Positions 10,004 to 19,387 of a stretch of DNA of 32,000 bases are shown piece by piece (within the stretch, counting starts at the first letter, position 1; each line of letters starts with the position of its first letter). A program made the translations under genes and the position numbers. The notes beneath the pieces are model-generated. The model worked only from the letters and a program-made list of their open reading frames with translations. It did not search any database and was not told the origin of the DNA. The stretch covers positions 180,001 through 212,000 of the forward strand of contig NZ_CP089977.1 in NCBI RefSeq assembly GCF_025643275.1, read 5' to 3'. This stretch comes from Moraxella nasicaprae. Lineage in GTDB: Bacteria; Pseudomonadota; Gammaproteobacteria; Pseudomonadales; Moraxellaceae.

Positions 10004-10933
10004 ATGGCTTTACATTTAATTAAATATGTGCCGTTGTCAGTCCTGCGTGGATTGGCAACGGTTTGTGCTTGCATCGCAAATACATTTCATCTGGGTATCT
10101 ATCGGAGCATTTGGGCAAACTTAACCCTCATCAATCCTGAGATGTCTGATGAACAAAAAACCAAACTTTCCAAAAAAATTCTAAAAAATCAGCTACTTAG
10201 CATAGTTGATACCCTAAAAAGCTGGGCAATGCCCCCAGCATGGTCTGTCAAAAAAATCAGCAAAGTTCATCAGCTCTCCATCTTGGAGGCAGGCTTTGCA
10301 CATCCCAATGGCATGCTCTTGGTTGTGCCGCATTTAGGCACTTGGGAGATGATGAATCCTTGGATTAATAGCTGGGGTTCGCCAACCATCATGTACAAGC
10401 CCATCAAACAACCAATACTCAACAACTTCGTGCTTGCCAGTCGAGAACGCACCAAGTCCACACTTGTCCCCACTGATGCCACAGGGGTAAAAGCAGTATT
10501 TAAAGCCTTAAAAAATGGCGAGTTTAGCGTGATTCTGCCTGACCATGTGCCAGATTTATCAGGTGGTGTGGTTGTGCCTTTTTTTGGCATTGAGACTTTA
10601 AGCAGCACCTTGACCAGTAAACTTGCTCAAAAAACCCATTGTGCCTTAGTGGGCTTATCATGCATTCGCACGCAGACGGGCGATTATGAGGTCTTCTGTT
10701 ATGAATTAGACGACCCACAGTTATACGATAAAGACATTCATGTTGCCACTGCTGCACTCAATCGTGCCGTCCAATCCATCATTGAACCGCATTTTGAGCA
10801 TTATATGTGGGGATATCGCCGATTCAGAGAGACCCCTTTGATAGACAACCCCTATCCACTTTCCATCGATGAGCTTACCTTGCTGGCAAAACAATTACAC
10901 GCCCGCACACAATCTAAGGATAATGAAGGATAA
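10004..10933 (+). CDS. Lipid A biosynthesis (Kdo2-lipid IVA) late acyltransferase, LpxL/LpxM (HtrB/MsbB) family
   Basis: The 309-aa protein has an N-terminal hydrophobic anchor and the acyltransferase H-box region LVVPHLGTWEMMN, comparable to HxxxxE/D in LpxL. Size and layout are typical of the family. I cannot say which paralog it is or its acyl specificity. Confidence 0.7.
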   Translation: MALHLIKYVPLSVLRGLATVCACIANTFHLGIYRSIWANLTLINPEMSDEQKTKLSKKILKNQLLSIVDTLKSWAMPPAWSVKKISKVHQLSILEAGFAHPNGMLLVVPHLGTWEMMNPWINSWGSPTIMYKPIKQPILNNFVLASRERTKSTLVPTDATGVKAVFKALKNGEFSVILPDHVPDLSGGVVVPFFGIETLSSTLTSKLAQKTHCALVGLSCIRTQTGDYEVFCYELDDPQLYDKDIHVATAALNRAVQSIIEPHFEHYMWGYRRFRETPLIDNPYPLSIDELTLLAKQLHARTQSKDNEG

Positions 10934-10936
10934 TAC

Positions 10937-11686
10937 ATGAATACAGAAACCAACTACATCATCTGCATGAAATGGGGGAAAAAATACGGTGCTGAATATG
11001 TCAATCGTCTGTACAATATGGTACAAAGAAACATCACCCTGCCCTTTACGATGGTATGCTTAACCGATGATAGCACAGGTATTCGTCCAGAAGTAGTCTG
11101 CTACCCAATTCCCCAACTTAATCTACCTGACAACTTGCCAGAACGGGGCTGGAAAAAGCTCACCACCTTCAAACCCGACCTTTATGGGCTGAAAGGCACG
11201 GCATTATTTTTGGATATTGACATCGTCATCGTGGGTAATATTGATTGCTTTTTTACCCATCAGGCATCACACGATGATAGTGTCATGATTATCCGTGACT
11301 GGAAAAAGCCTTGGCGAATGGTTGGTAATAGCTCCGTCTATCGCTTCAAAGTTGGTCAAAACACCTATCCTGATTTATTAAGATATTTTGAACAAAATTT
11401 TGAAAAAATTCGTCAGGAAGTTCGCCATGAACAAGCCTTTTTATCCAATTATCTACGAAAACACCATCATTTAGAATATTGGGATTCTAGCTGGTGTGTC
11501 AGCTTTAAATATCATTGTTTGCACAAAATTCCTTTTGCTTATTTTCTACCCCCCAAAAAACCCTCCGATGCCAAAATTGTCATTTTTCACGGAGAAATCA
11601 ATCCACCAGATGCCATCAAAGGTGGTGGTGGAAAGTGGTATCGCTATGTACTACCAAGCGACTGGATTAAAAAGGCTTGGCAATAA
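10937..11686 (+). CDS. Putative glycosyltransferase (GT-A-like, DxD), possibly involved in LOS/LPS synthesis
   Basis: This 249-aa soluble protein begins IICMKWGKKYGAEYVNRLYNMVQRNI...CLTDD and has a DIDIVIVGNID (DxD-like) element. Its start is 4 nt after the acyltransferase stop, behind a GAAGGA SD. The family assignment rests on motif recollection only. Confidence 0.45.
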   Translation: MNTETNYIICMKWGKKYGAEYVNRLYNMVQRNITLPFTMVCLTDDSTGIRPEVVCYPIPQLNLPDNLPERGWKKLTTFKPDLYGLKGTALFLDIDIVIVGNIDCFFTHQASHDDSVMIIRDWKKPWRMVGNSSVYRFKVGQNTYPDLLRYFEQNFEKIRQEVRHEQAFLSNYLRKHHHLEYWDSSWCVSFKYHCLHKIPFAYFLPPKKPSDAKIVIFHGEINPPDAIKGGGGKWYRYVLPSDWIKKAWQ

Positions 11687-11718
11687 ACCAACAAATCAAT
11701 TAACCTCGGACGAACATC

Positions 11719-11748
11719 AAAAAAGCGGATTATCAAATCCGCTTTTTT
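11719..11748. terminator. Bidirectional Rho-independent terminator between the convergent glycosyltransferase and protease genes
   Basis: AAAAAAGCGGAT-TATCAA-ATCCGCTTTTTT forms a perfect 7-bp GC-rich stem flanked by A- and T-runs. Confidence 0.7.
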
Positions 11749-11777
11749 GGCACATCAGTCTATCAGCAAGTCACACA

Positions 11778-13043
11778 TTAACGATTTTGCAACTGCTCTA
11801 ACTGACGAAGCAATTCTTCTACTTGGGCTTGATTGGCTGGCGGATTGTTTTGACGAGTGCCTTGTAGTTGCTCCAAATTCGGTCTTTCGACTGGCACAAC
11901 CAGTACCGTCAATGCCTGACCTTGACGCTCAATCTCCACATTTAACTGACTGCCTGGTGCTTTATTTGCCACCAAATTAACCAACGCATTGGCACTGCTA
12001 AGCGGTGTGCCATCAATGGACAGCAATACATCGCCACGCTGAATACCGGCTTGTGCAGCTGGTGAATTAGGCATGACATTGGCGACCAGTAAGCCCTTTT
12101 CATCATTTGGAATGGCAGAATCTTGATGAATGGCAAGCTCCACGCCAATCCAACCACGACTAACTTTGCCATCTTTAATCAAAGCATTCATGACCTGCTC
12201 AACCATCGTATTTGGAATGGCAAAACCAATACCCATTGAACCACCAGAACGAGAATAAATGGCAGTATTAACACCGATTAACGCTCCATTGGCATCAACC
12301 AATGCACCGCCAGAGTTGCCTGGATTGATGGCGGCATCTGTCTGGATAAAATCCTCAAAACGACTCACGCCAATGCCCATACGACCTGTTGCAGAAACAA
12401 TACCCTGCGTGACCGTTTGCCCCACACCAAAAGGATTGCCGATTGCTAACGCCACATCACCCACCTTGATGGGCTTGCTGCGAAACTCCATGGGGATTAA
12501 CCCATTCATTTGTACTTTGATGACCGCCAAGTCACTGTCTTCATCACTGCCAATGATGCTTGCCTTAGCTTTGCGTCCATCATTTAAAATTACCGTGATT
12601 TCATCTGCTTTGGCAATCACATGGGCATTGGTTACGATATAACCATCTTTTGAGACGATGACCCCAGAACCAAGATTATGACCGCCCTCTTTGGGTAGTT
12701 GTTCAAAAAATTGACTAAAAAATGGGTCATTGGCATACGGGTGCTGAGCAATTTGCTGCGTGGTGTAGATATTGACCACCGATTGAGCTGCTTTATTGAC
12801 CGCCTGATGGTAGGAGCTGATTGGTTCGGGCGTGTCTGGATTGGTGTTGTTATCCTGATTGGCAATTTTTGGTTGCCATGCTTGCTCGCTTGATGTGTCT
12901 GCCTGTGGTGCGTTTGAAGTTTGTAATTGCTTGACCTGTGGATAGACGAACCACATGATTGCCACCAAAGCAATACAAATCAGCCATGGCAACAAAATCC
13001 ACGCTGACAGACCCATTTGTTGATTTGGATTGGTGTGTTTCAT
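11778..13043 (-). CDS. Periplasmic serine endoprotease, DegS/AlgW-like (trypsin-like domain plus a single PDZ, N-terminal membrane anchor)
   Basis: The catalytic triad context is VTNAHVI, SDLAVIK and GNSGGALVD. One PDZ-like C-terminal region is present (GLLVANVMPNSPAAQAGIQRGDVLLSIDG), and the N-terminal TM helix is WILLPWLICIALVAIMWFVY. Confidence 0.85.
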   Translation of the reverse strand: MKHTNPNQQMGLSAWILLPWLICIALVAIMWFVYPQVKQLQTSNAPQADTSSEQAWQPKIANQDNNTNPDTPEPISSYHQAVNKAAQSVVNIYTTQQIAQHPYANDPFFSQFFEQLPKEGGHNLGSGVIVSKDGYIVTNAHVIAKADEITVILNDGRKAKASIIGSDEDSDLAVIKVQMNGLIPMEFRSKPIKVGDVALAIGNPFGVGQTVTQGIVSATGRMGIGVSRFEDFIQTDAAINPGNSGGALVDANGALIGVNTAIYSRSGGSMGIGFAIPNTMVEQVMNALIKDGKVSRGWIGVELAIHQDSAIPNDEKGLLVANVMPNSPAAQAGIQRGDVLLSIDGTPLSSANALVNLVANKAPGSQLNVEIERQGQALTVLVVPVERPNLEQLQGTRQNNPPANQAQVEELLRQLEQLQNR

Positions 13044-13275
13044 GTTATTTTCCCCAAAAAATAAACTTATCTCATTGTAGCACGACTTTTTTACACCTTG
13101 ATGAATTTTACCGCCCAGATTGTGTCAAATTATTATCAAAATTTACGCTGATTTTGCTCGCCAAAAAGCACATCAGTCCAATATATTATCCAATTTTTCA
13201 AGAGTCAATCAATAAAAACAAATTGTCAATCATGCCTTCTTTGCGGTAAAATGTTAAAAACATTGGAAGATTATC

Positions 13276-14040
13276 ATGACTAATATCACTGCTCATCAAT
13301 TAGTTCAATTCTGTGACGATTATTTATCCACGCACGAATTTCAAGATTATTGCCCCAACGGCTTACAAGTGGACGCAGACAGACCTATTGGTCGTATTAT
13401 CACAGGCGTGACCGCCAATCAAAAACTGATTGAGGCTGCCATCGCCAAACAGGCTGACGCCATCTTGGTGCATCATGGCTATTTTTGGAAAGGTGAAGCT
13501 GAGCCGCTGACTGGCATGAAAGGCAAACGCATTCGCCTATTGATGCAACACGGCATTTCGCTCATTGCCTACCATTTGCCCTTAGATGCCCACCCTGTGC
13601 TAGGCAACAATGCCATGTTGGCAAAAGAGCTTGATTTGACCATCACAGGGGCATTATATCCACACCAAAAGCACCCTATTGGCAACATTGCTAATTGTCC
13701 ACCCATTCGCTCATCAGATTTGGCAACCAAAATCGGTCAGGTGCTAGGTCGTACACCCTTACACATCGCCAATAATCCAGACCGCCTTGTGACCAAAATT
13801 GGTCTTTGCACAGGCGGAGCTCAGGATATGATTGAGCAAGCTGCCAAGATGGGCTGCGATGCTTTTATTTCAGGAGAAATCTCCGAACGCACCACGCACG
13901 CTGCCCACGAATTAAATATTGACTATTTTGCCTCAGGTCATCACGCCACCGAACGCAGTGGTGTTCGTGAGCTGGGCAATTTGATTGCTAAGCAATTTGG
14001 CATCTTAGTAGAATTTGTTGATATTGACAATCCTGCCTGA
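13276..14040 (+). CDS. Nif3-like dinuclear metal centre protein (YbgI / GTP cyclohydrolase 1 type 2 homolog family)
   Basis: DYCPNGLQV...AILVHHGYFWKGE...IAYHLPLDAHP..GNN...FISGEISE...ASGHHATE carries the NIF3 family motifs. ATG 13276 follows a GGAAGA SD. Confidence 0.9.
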   Translation: MTNITAHQLVQFCDDYLSTHEFQDYCPNGLQVDADRPIGRIITGVTANQKLIEAAIAKQADAILVHHGYFWKGEAEPLTGMKGKRIRLLMQHGISLIAYHLPLDAHPVLGNNAMLAKELDLTITGALYPHQKHPIGNIANCPPIRSSDLATKIGQVLGRTPLHIANNPDRLVTKIGLCTGGAQDMIEQAAKMGCDAFISGEISERTTHAAHELNIDYFASGHHATERSGVRELGNLIAKQFGILVEFVDIDNPA

Positions 14041-14311
14041 TGAGCATCAACCCTAACGACAAAATACACCCAGACAAGCCATGAATGGCACTGATTCTGC
14101 CTAAAAAATCAACACATTTGTAATGATTTGTAATCATCCATTTGGTCTTATTTTGTAGGAAAAACAAGGAGTTGGCATTAGTGATGGGTTTTTTCTTTAC
14201 TTTTTTCCAACGGAATTTTGTCAATATTTGGGGCATAATGAGCAATCTTGTAAATTTCATGCCGCTGTCATACTTTGATTTTTGCTCAAAGATGGTGCGA
14301 CAGGAGAAATA

Positions 14312-15604
14312 ATGCAAATTAAGCAAAATCGACCCAATACCCGCAAAAAATCGCTGTATCGCCCTACACCTGTACGAGCAAAATTTCGCAAAAAACCCTA
14401 CGCCAAACTGCTGTGGGCAGGTTTTTTGACCCATGTGGCTCGTCCTTTGCTGCAAGGTGGGCGATTTGTTGTGCGTCATCTGATACAGTTACATCGGACG
14501 CACCCAAAACATGCTCAACGATTTTGGCAGGTGCTGGTTTTGGCATTGCTCATCATTATTCCTGCTCGTATCTTGCTGACAGACAAACCACAAGTGCCAC
14601 CGCCAACCAATCTTAGCACAATTATTGAAAACAAAATCCTAACTGTCGCCTCCACCAATCAAGATGATGGCATCATCTACGACCACGATGGCTTGATGCA
14701 TGGTTTTGGCTACGATGTCGCTCGTCTGTATGCCAGCCATCTAGGAGCTCAGCTTGCGTTTGTTAATTATGCCAATGCGGATGAAGCCTTGCGTGCAGTA
14801 CAGTCTGGCGTGGCTGATGTCGCTTTATTGCACGAGTTGGATAAATTTAGCCAAGATGATGAAGCGGTTGATGTACATTTTTTGGCGTGTGATGATGCTC
14901 AAAAAGCTCGGGTAAAAAAAGCAGGTTTGAACGAAAAATTGGCATTCATCACAGCAGACAGCAAGTCAGATATTGCTGACAATGTCAAAGAATTTTTATG
15001 CACCGAGGATACCAAACAAGACATTTCCTACTTGGTGCAGTTTCACGACCAAAATTTACTAAAAAACGCCTACAACGCTCAGCATTTTGCCAGCTCCATC
15101 AAGCGATTGCCCCTGTATGAATATGGTTTTAAAATCGCAGCCGAAGAGTTTGAACAAGACTGGGAAGTATTGGCAATGGTTGCCTATCAAGAATCTCATC
15201 TAAATACCAAGACTCGTTCGCCGACTGGCGTACAAGGTATGATGATGCTGACCCAAGACACCGCCAAAGCAATGGGCATCAAAGACCGTAACGATGTCGT
15301 GCAAAGTATTCGTGGCGGGGCAAAATACCTTAATCAGCTCCAACAGCAGTTTGCCCACATTCCAAAGGCTGATCGACTGTGGTTCGTGCTGGCTTCATAC
15401 AACATGGGGCCAAATGCCGTCAAGCAGATTCAGGCTATCCTAAAAACACAAGGCAAAGACCCCAATCTATGGGTGAATGTCTATACCTATCTGAATCAAA
15501 ATGCTGAACAAAATAGCCGATATGCCCAATGTGTGCATTATGTTACCAATATCCGCAATTATCTTGAAGCCATCAAAAAACCCGAGCAGTCTTCATCAAA
15601 ATAG
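14312..15604 (+). CDS. mltF: Membrane-bound lytic murein transglycosylase F-like (solute-binding-like domain plus SLT domain)
   Basis: The C-terminal SLT catalytic region is MVAYQESHLNTKTRSPTGVQGMMMLTQDTAKAMGI...ASYNMGPN (ES...GLMQ-type motif), and the N-terminal half resembles the non-catalytic PBP-like MltF module. ATG 14312 follows AGGAGA (14302-14307). The alternative GTG 14471 would remove a roughly 50-aa basic N-terminal extension. Confidence 0.8.
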   Translation: MQIKQNRPNTRKKSLYRPTPVRAKFRKKPYAKLLWAGFLTHVARPLLQGGRFVVRHLIQLHRTHPKHAQRFWQVLVLALLIIIPARILLTDKPQVPPPTNLSTIIENKILTVASTNQDDGIIYDHDGLMHGFGYDVARLYASHLGAQLAFVNYANADEALRAVQSGVADVALLHELDKFSQDDEAVDVHFLACDDAQKARVKKAGLNEKLAFITADSKSDIADNVKEFLCTEDTKQDISYLVQFHDQNLLKNAYNAQHFASSIKRLPLYEYGFKIAAEEFEQDWEVLAMVAYQESHLNTKTRSPTGVQGMMMLTQDTAKAMGIKDRNDVVQSIRGGAKYLNQLQQQFAHIPKADRLWFVLASYNMGPNAVKQIQAILKTQGKDPNLWVNVYTYLNQNAEQNSRYAQCVHYVTNIRNYLEAIKKPEQSSSK

Positions 15605-15662
15605 TCGTTTGCACCACAGAATATGACCACACAATCACGACTGACTTTGAATTAAACACCAT

Positions 15663-15694
15663 AAAAAACGCACCAAATCACTGGTGCGTTTTTT
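15663..15694. terminator. Bidirectional Rho-independent terminator between convergent mltF and the MltD-like gene
   Basis: AAAAAACGCACCA-AATCAC-TGGTGCGTTTTTT forms an 8-bp stem flanked by A6 and T6. Confidence 0.7.
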
Positions 15695-15713
15695 GATTTT
15701 TTTGTCGATGAAA

Positions 15714-18464
15714 TCATCGATTTGGCACAGTCAAAACCTGTCCGATGCGTAGATTGGCAGATGGTTCAAGATGGTTCATCTTAGCCAATTCTTCGACAGA
15801 AATGCCATAACGGCGAGCCAAAGAAATCAAACCATCGCCAGCTTTGACGGTGTAGCTTGTGGTCAGTTTTGGTAGCTTAATCCCCTGTCCCACACGCAAA
15901 GAAGCATTGGCTGGCAAACCATTTAAACTTGCCAATTCCGTCAGTGAAACACCAGCACGATTTGCCAGTGCTGTCAAACTATCGCCCGCCTTAACGGTAT
16001 AATTTTCAGTAGCGATGTTGCGAGTATTACCTTTGGTAGGTTTGGCAGCCTCCACCCTCTCCACTTTCGCTGTCGAAACGGCTGGTTTTGCCTGAGCTGA
16101 TTGTCCTGCTTGTGATGGTAGTTTTAGAGTTTGTCCAATTTGTACGCCATCGGTGGTAGAAAGATTATTTTCACTTGCCAATGCAGGTAGACTGACATTA
16201 TATTTGCGAGCGATGACAGTTAGGTTTTCGCCTGCTTGTACCGTATGAGTATTTGGATTGGTGGTGGTTTTGGTTGGTGCTGGGGTATTAGCTGGTTTGG
16301 CTGGTTGAGCAGTTGGTTTTACTTTACCAGCAACAAGCCATAGACGCTGACCAATCAAAATATGGGCATCGCTGGCTAAGTTGTTATAACTTGCCAATTG
16401 TCCAACAGTCAGACCATTGGCAGCAGCAACAGAAGTTAGGCTATCGCCAGCTTTGACGGTGTAGCTTTCGGGTTTTGGTACATTTTTTGCCACTTCCACT
16501 TTCTCCACTTTTGCTGTCGAAACGGCTGGTTTTGCCTGAGCTGATTGTCCTGCTTGTGATGGTAGTTTTAGAGTTTGTCCAATTTGTACGCCATCGGTGG
16601 TAGAAAGATTATTTTCACTTGCCAATGCAGGTAGACTGACATTATATTTGCGAGCGATGACAGTTAGGTTTTCGCCTGCTTGTACCGTATGAGTATTTGG
16701 ATTGGTGGTGGTTTTGGTTGGTGCTGGGGTATTAGCTGGTTTGGCTGGTTGAGCAGTTGGTTTTACTTTACCAGCAACAAGCCATAGACGCTGACCAATC
16801 AAAATATGGGCATCGCTGGCTAAGTTGTTATAACTTGCCAATTGTCCAACAGTCAGACCATTGGCAGCAGCAACAGAAGTTAGGCTATCGCCAGCTTTGA
16901 CGGTGTAGCTTTCAGGTTTTGGTGCAGGCTTGGTTGTTTTTGGCGTACTTGCCTTGACAGGTGTAGCTTGCTCCGCTGGCTTGGTATGATTTTGAGCAGG
17001 TGGTAGCTGTGGCTTAACAGGTGCTTGTGGTGCAGAATTAGCAAAACTAATGCTCTTATTCTCGCCACGAGCGTCCAATACCGACTGACCGGTTTGTACT
17101 GCTTCTAGCTGAATATTGCCATCTTGTGGATTGACCGCCTGTACTCGTTCAGCACTTTGTGCTTGGATTTGAGCAGCGATAAAATCTCGCTCCTCTGTCG
17201 ATAAAGCAGGCTCCTGAATGATGGTGTTATTTGGCGTTACCTGTGCAATGGTGGTTGGCAAGGTATTTGACCGAATCAATTCTTGCTGAGAATTTTGGTT
17301 GCTGCCTGCACCTGATTTTGGCAAGACATAATCCACACTTTGTGCTGGTGCTGTCGCCACATAATCACCACCATAGCCATAGCCTGCCAGTGCAGACAAG
17401 TTGGCGTCAAGCGAATTTGGGACGCTGTCTGGAATGACAATTCGGTTTGGTCCTGCGGCATCGACCGTGTGATTTAATAAAGCTGGGTTTAATAGGCGTA
17501 ACTCATCAAATGACACGCCCGTGACTGATGATACTTCGCTTAGGCTCACACCATAATTGACAGGCACAGTTCTAAAATGACTGTGATTGGCAATGGCTGG
17601 CAAGTACACCCCGTAAGTCTCTGGCGAACTGACAATCTGAGATACCGCCAAAAATCTAGGCACATAGTTCATCGTCTCGGTTGGCAATCTTAGCGACCAA
17701 TAGTCGGTTGGCAATCCTTCGGCTTGGTTTGCTTTGATTGCCTTAGAAATGCGTCCAGGACCTGCATTATAAGCCGCCAATGCCAATTCCCATGAGCCAA
17801 ATTGATTATACAAACTGGTCAAAAAGTCATAAGCGGCACGAGTGGATTCAATCACATCTCGGCGACCATCGTAGCTATCACTTTGGTTTAGGCCATAGAT
17901 ACGCCCTGTGCTAGGGATAAACTGCCAAAGTCCAGCGGCTGCTGCATTACTGGTGGCTGATGGGTCGTAGGAACTCTCAATGATGGGTAGCAGTGCCAAT
18001 TCTGATGGAATGCCTCGTCTTTCTGCCTCAGCAACCGTGTGATGCAAATAGCGAGAGGCTCTGGCAGTCAAACGATCCAAATAACTTTGGCGAGTATAAA
18101 ACCAAGATTTTTGGGCTTCGATTCTGGCGTTGGTTGTCTCAGGAATACGATAGCCACGACGGATACGCTCCCATAAGTTGCCATAGCGTTGTACAGCAAG
18201 CTCGTCGCCCTCCACCATCGTCACATCAGAGGCTTCAAGCAAATCCTCCAACAAAGACAAAGTAGCTGGATCTAATTGACTATCTGCTGTGGTGGTTGAT
18301 GTGGTAGGTGGGCTTGCTGGCTTGCTTGTCACAACCGTCTTGGCAGGTGCGGATTTTGCTGGGGTTGTACCAGTGCTGCTACACGCCACCAAAATACAAG
18401 ACGAAATCGCCACAGTCAGTGGTTTTAGAAGAGGGAAATTGGCGGTAGTCTTTGGGCTAATCAT
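15714..18464 (-). CDS. mltD: MltD-like lytic transglycosylase lipoprotein with six C-terminal LysM domains
   Basis: The lipoprotein signal is LTVAISSCILVAC-SS. The SLT region is LLPIIESSYDPSATSNAAAAGLWQFIPSTG...LALAAYNAGPG. Six LysM units follow (YTVKAGDSL...IGQRLWL, HTVQAGENL...IGQTLKLP, those two repeated, then two more divergent units). E. coli MltD has two LysM domains. Confidence 0.9.
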   Translation of the reverse strand: MISPKTTANFPLLKPLTVAISSCILVACSSTGTTPAKSAPAKTVVTSKPASPPTTSTTTADSQLDPATLSLLEDLLEASDVTMVEGDELAVQRYGNLWERIRRGYRIPETTNARIEAQKSWFYTRQSYLDRLTARASRYLHHTVAEAERRGIPSELALLPIIESSYDPSATSNAAAAGLWQFIPSTGRIYGLNQSDSYDGRRDVIESTRAAYDFLTSLYNQFGSWELALAAYNAGPGRISKAIKANQAEGLPTDYWSLRLPTETMNYVPRFLAVSQIVSSPETYGVYLPAIANHSHFRTVPVNYGVSLSEVSSVTGVSFDELRLLNPALLNHTVDAAGPNRIVIPDSVPNSLDANLSALAGYGYGGDYVATAPAQSVDYVLPKSGAGSNQNSQQELIRSNTLPTTIAQVTPNNTIIQEPALSTEERDFIAAQIQAQSAERVQAVNPQDGNIQLEAVQTGQSVLDARGENKSISFANSAPQAPVKPQLPPAQNHTKPAEQATPVKASTPKTTKPAPKPESYTVKAGDSLTSVAAANGLTVGQLASYNNLASDAHILIGQRLWLVAGKVKPTAQPAKPANTPAPTKTTTNPNTHTVQAGENLTVIARKYNVSLPALASENNLSTTDGVQIGQTLKLPSQAGQSAQAKPAVSTAKVEKVEVAKNVPKPESYTVKAGDSLTSVAAANGLTVGQLASYNNLASDAHILIGQRLWLVAGKVKPTAQPAKPANTPAPTKTTTNPNTHTVQAGENLTVIARKYNVSLPALASENNLSTTDGVQIGQTLKLPSQAGQSAQAKPAVSTAKVERVEAAKPTKGNTRNIATENYTVKAGDSLTALANRAGVSLTELASLNGLPANASLRVGQGIKLPKLTTSYTVKAGDGLISLARRYGISVEELAKMNHLEPSANLRIGQVLTVPNR
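16041..16923 (-). repeat. In-frame tandem duplication inside the MltD-like gene, 2 x 444 bp (148 codons)
   Basis: Positions 16071-16469 are, by my base-by-base reading, identical to 16515-16913 (399 nt, offset exactly 444). The first mismatch is at 16470/16914 and the flanks are progressively diverged. Each unit encodes two LysM domains plus Pro/Thr/Ala-rich linkers. Confidence 0.95.
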
Positions 18465-18649
18465 TTTAGCTACTGTCCTATCAAAACATCAATCACACAA
18501 ATATGACAACAAAAGCGGTGTCATAAATGGTGCATAATGCCTGATTTTCAGGATTTTATCAACCAAGAAACCAGTAAAACCTGCCAATTTACATAAAGAG
18601 TTACAAATTATGCCTGATTGATACCAATACAAAGCATCGCATCAACATG

Positions 18650-19375
18650 CTAAACCACAAAATCCTTGCCCAAATACACCTTTCTAACCAGTTCATTATT
18701 AAGGATTTCGTCACTATCGCCCCAAGCAATAATAGTGCCCTCTGAAACAATGTATGCCTTTTCGCAAATTGACAAAGTTTCTCGCACATTATGGTCGGTA
18801 ATCAGCACGCCAATTCCACGATGTTTTAATGCGGTAATCACTTCCATAATATCACCCACCGAAATGGGGTCCACGCCAGCAAATGGCTCATCTAATAAGA
18901 TAAACTTAGGATTAGATGCCAAGCAGCGTGCAATCTCACAGCGACGACGCTCACCGCCTGACACGCTCATGCCCAAAGAGTGTCGTACATGCTCCAAGCT
19001 AAACTCTGCCATCAGCTTTTCAAGCTCGGCAAGCTGGGCTTGCTTATCCAAATCTTTGCGAGTTTGCAACACCGCCAAAATATTTTGTTCGATGGTTAAT
19101 TTACGAAAAATTGATGCTTCCTGAGGCAGATAACCAATCCCACAAGCCGCTCGTTCATGCATGGCTTTTTTGGAAATGTCTTGATTGCCCAGCATGACCT
19201 GACCACGATCCATCGGCACAAGCCCAATCACCATATAAAAACTGGTGGTCTTACCTGCACCATTTGGACCCAAAATACCCACGACTTGACCCTGTTCAAT
19301 CTCAAAAGACACATCTTTGACCACCCAACGCTGTCCATAGCGTTTGCCCAGATGTCGCATACTTAGCGTTGTCAT
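18650..19375 (-). CDS. lptB: LPS export ABC transporter ATP-binding protein LptB
   Basis: [53 protein letters not shown]... with LSGGERRR and [12 protein letters not shown] is colinear with E. coli LptB. The ATG is at 19375, and the track starts at GTG 19378. Confidence 0.95.
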   Translation of the reverse strand: MTTLSMRHLGKRYGQRWVVKDVSFEIEQGQVVGILGPNGAGKTTSFYMVIGLVPMDRGQVMLGNQDISKKAMHERAACGIGYLPQEASIFRKLTIEQNILAVLQTRKDLDKQAQLAELEKLMAEFSLEHVRHSLGMSVSGGERRRCEIARCLASNPKFILLDEPFAGVDPISVGDIMEVITALKHRGIGVLITDHNVRETLSICEKAYIVSEGTIIAWGDSDEILNNELVRKVYLGKDFVV

Positions 19376-19387
19376 CACGACTCCAAA

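Noticed and set aside
13988-14479. A 163-aa minus-strand ORF spanning the nif3 end, the spacer and the mltF start.
   Set aside because: It is antisense to two well-supported genes and has no recognisable domain or ribosome-binding site.
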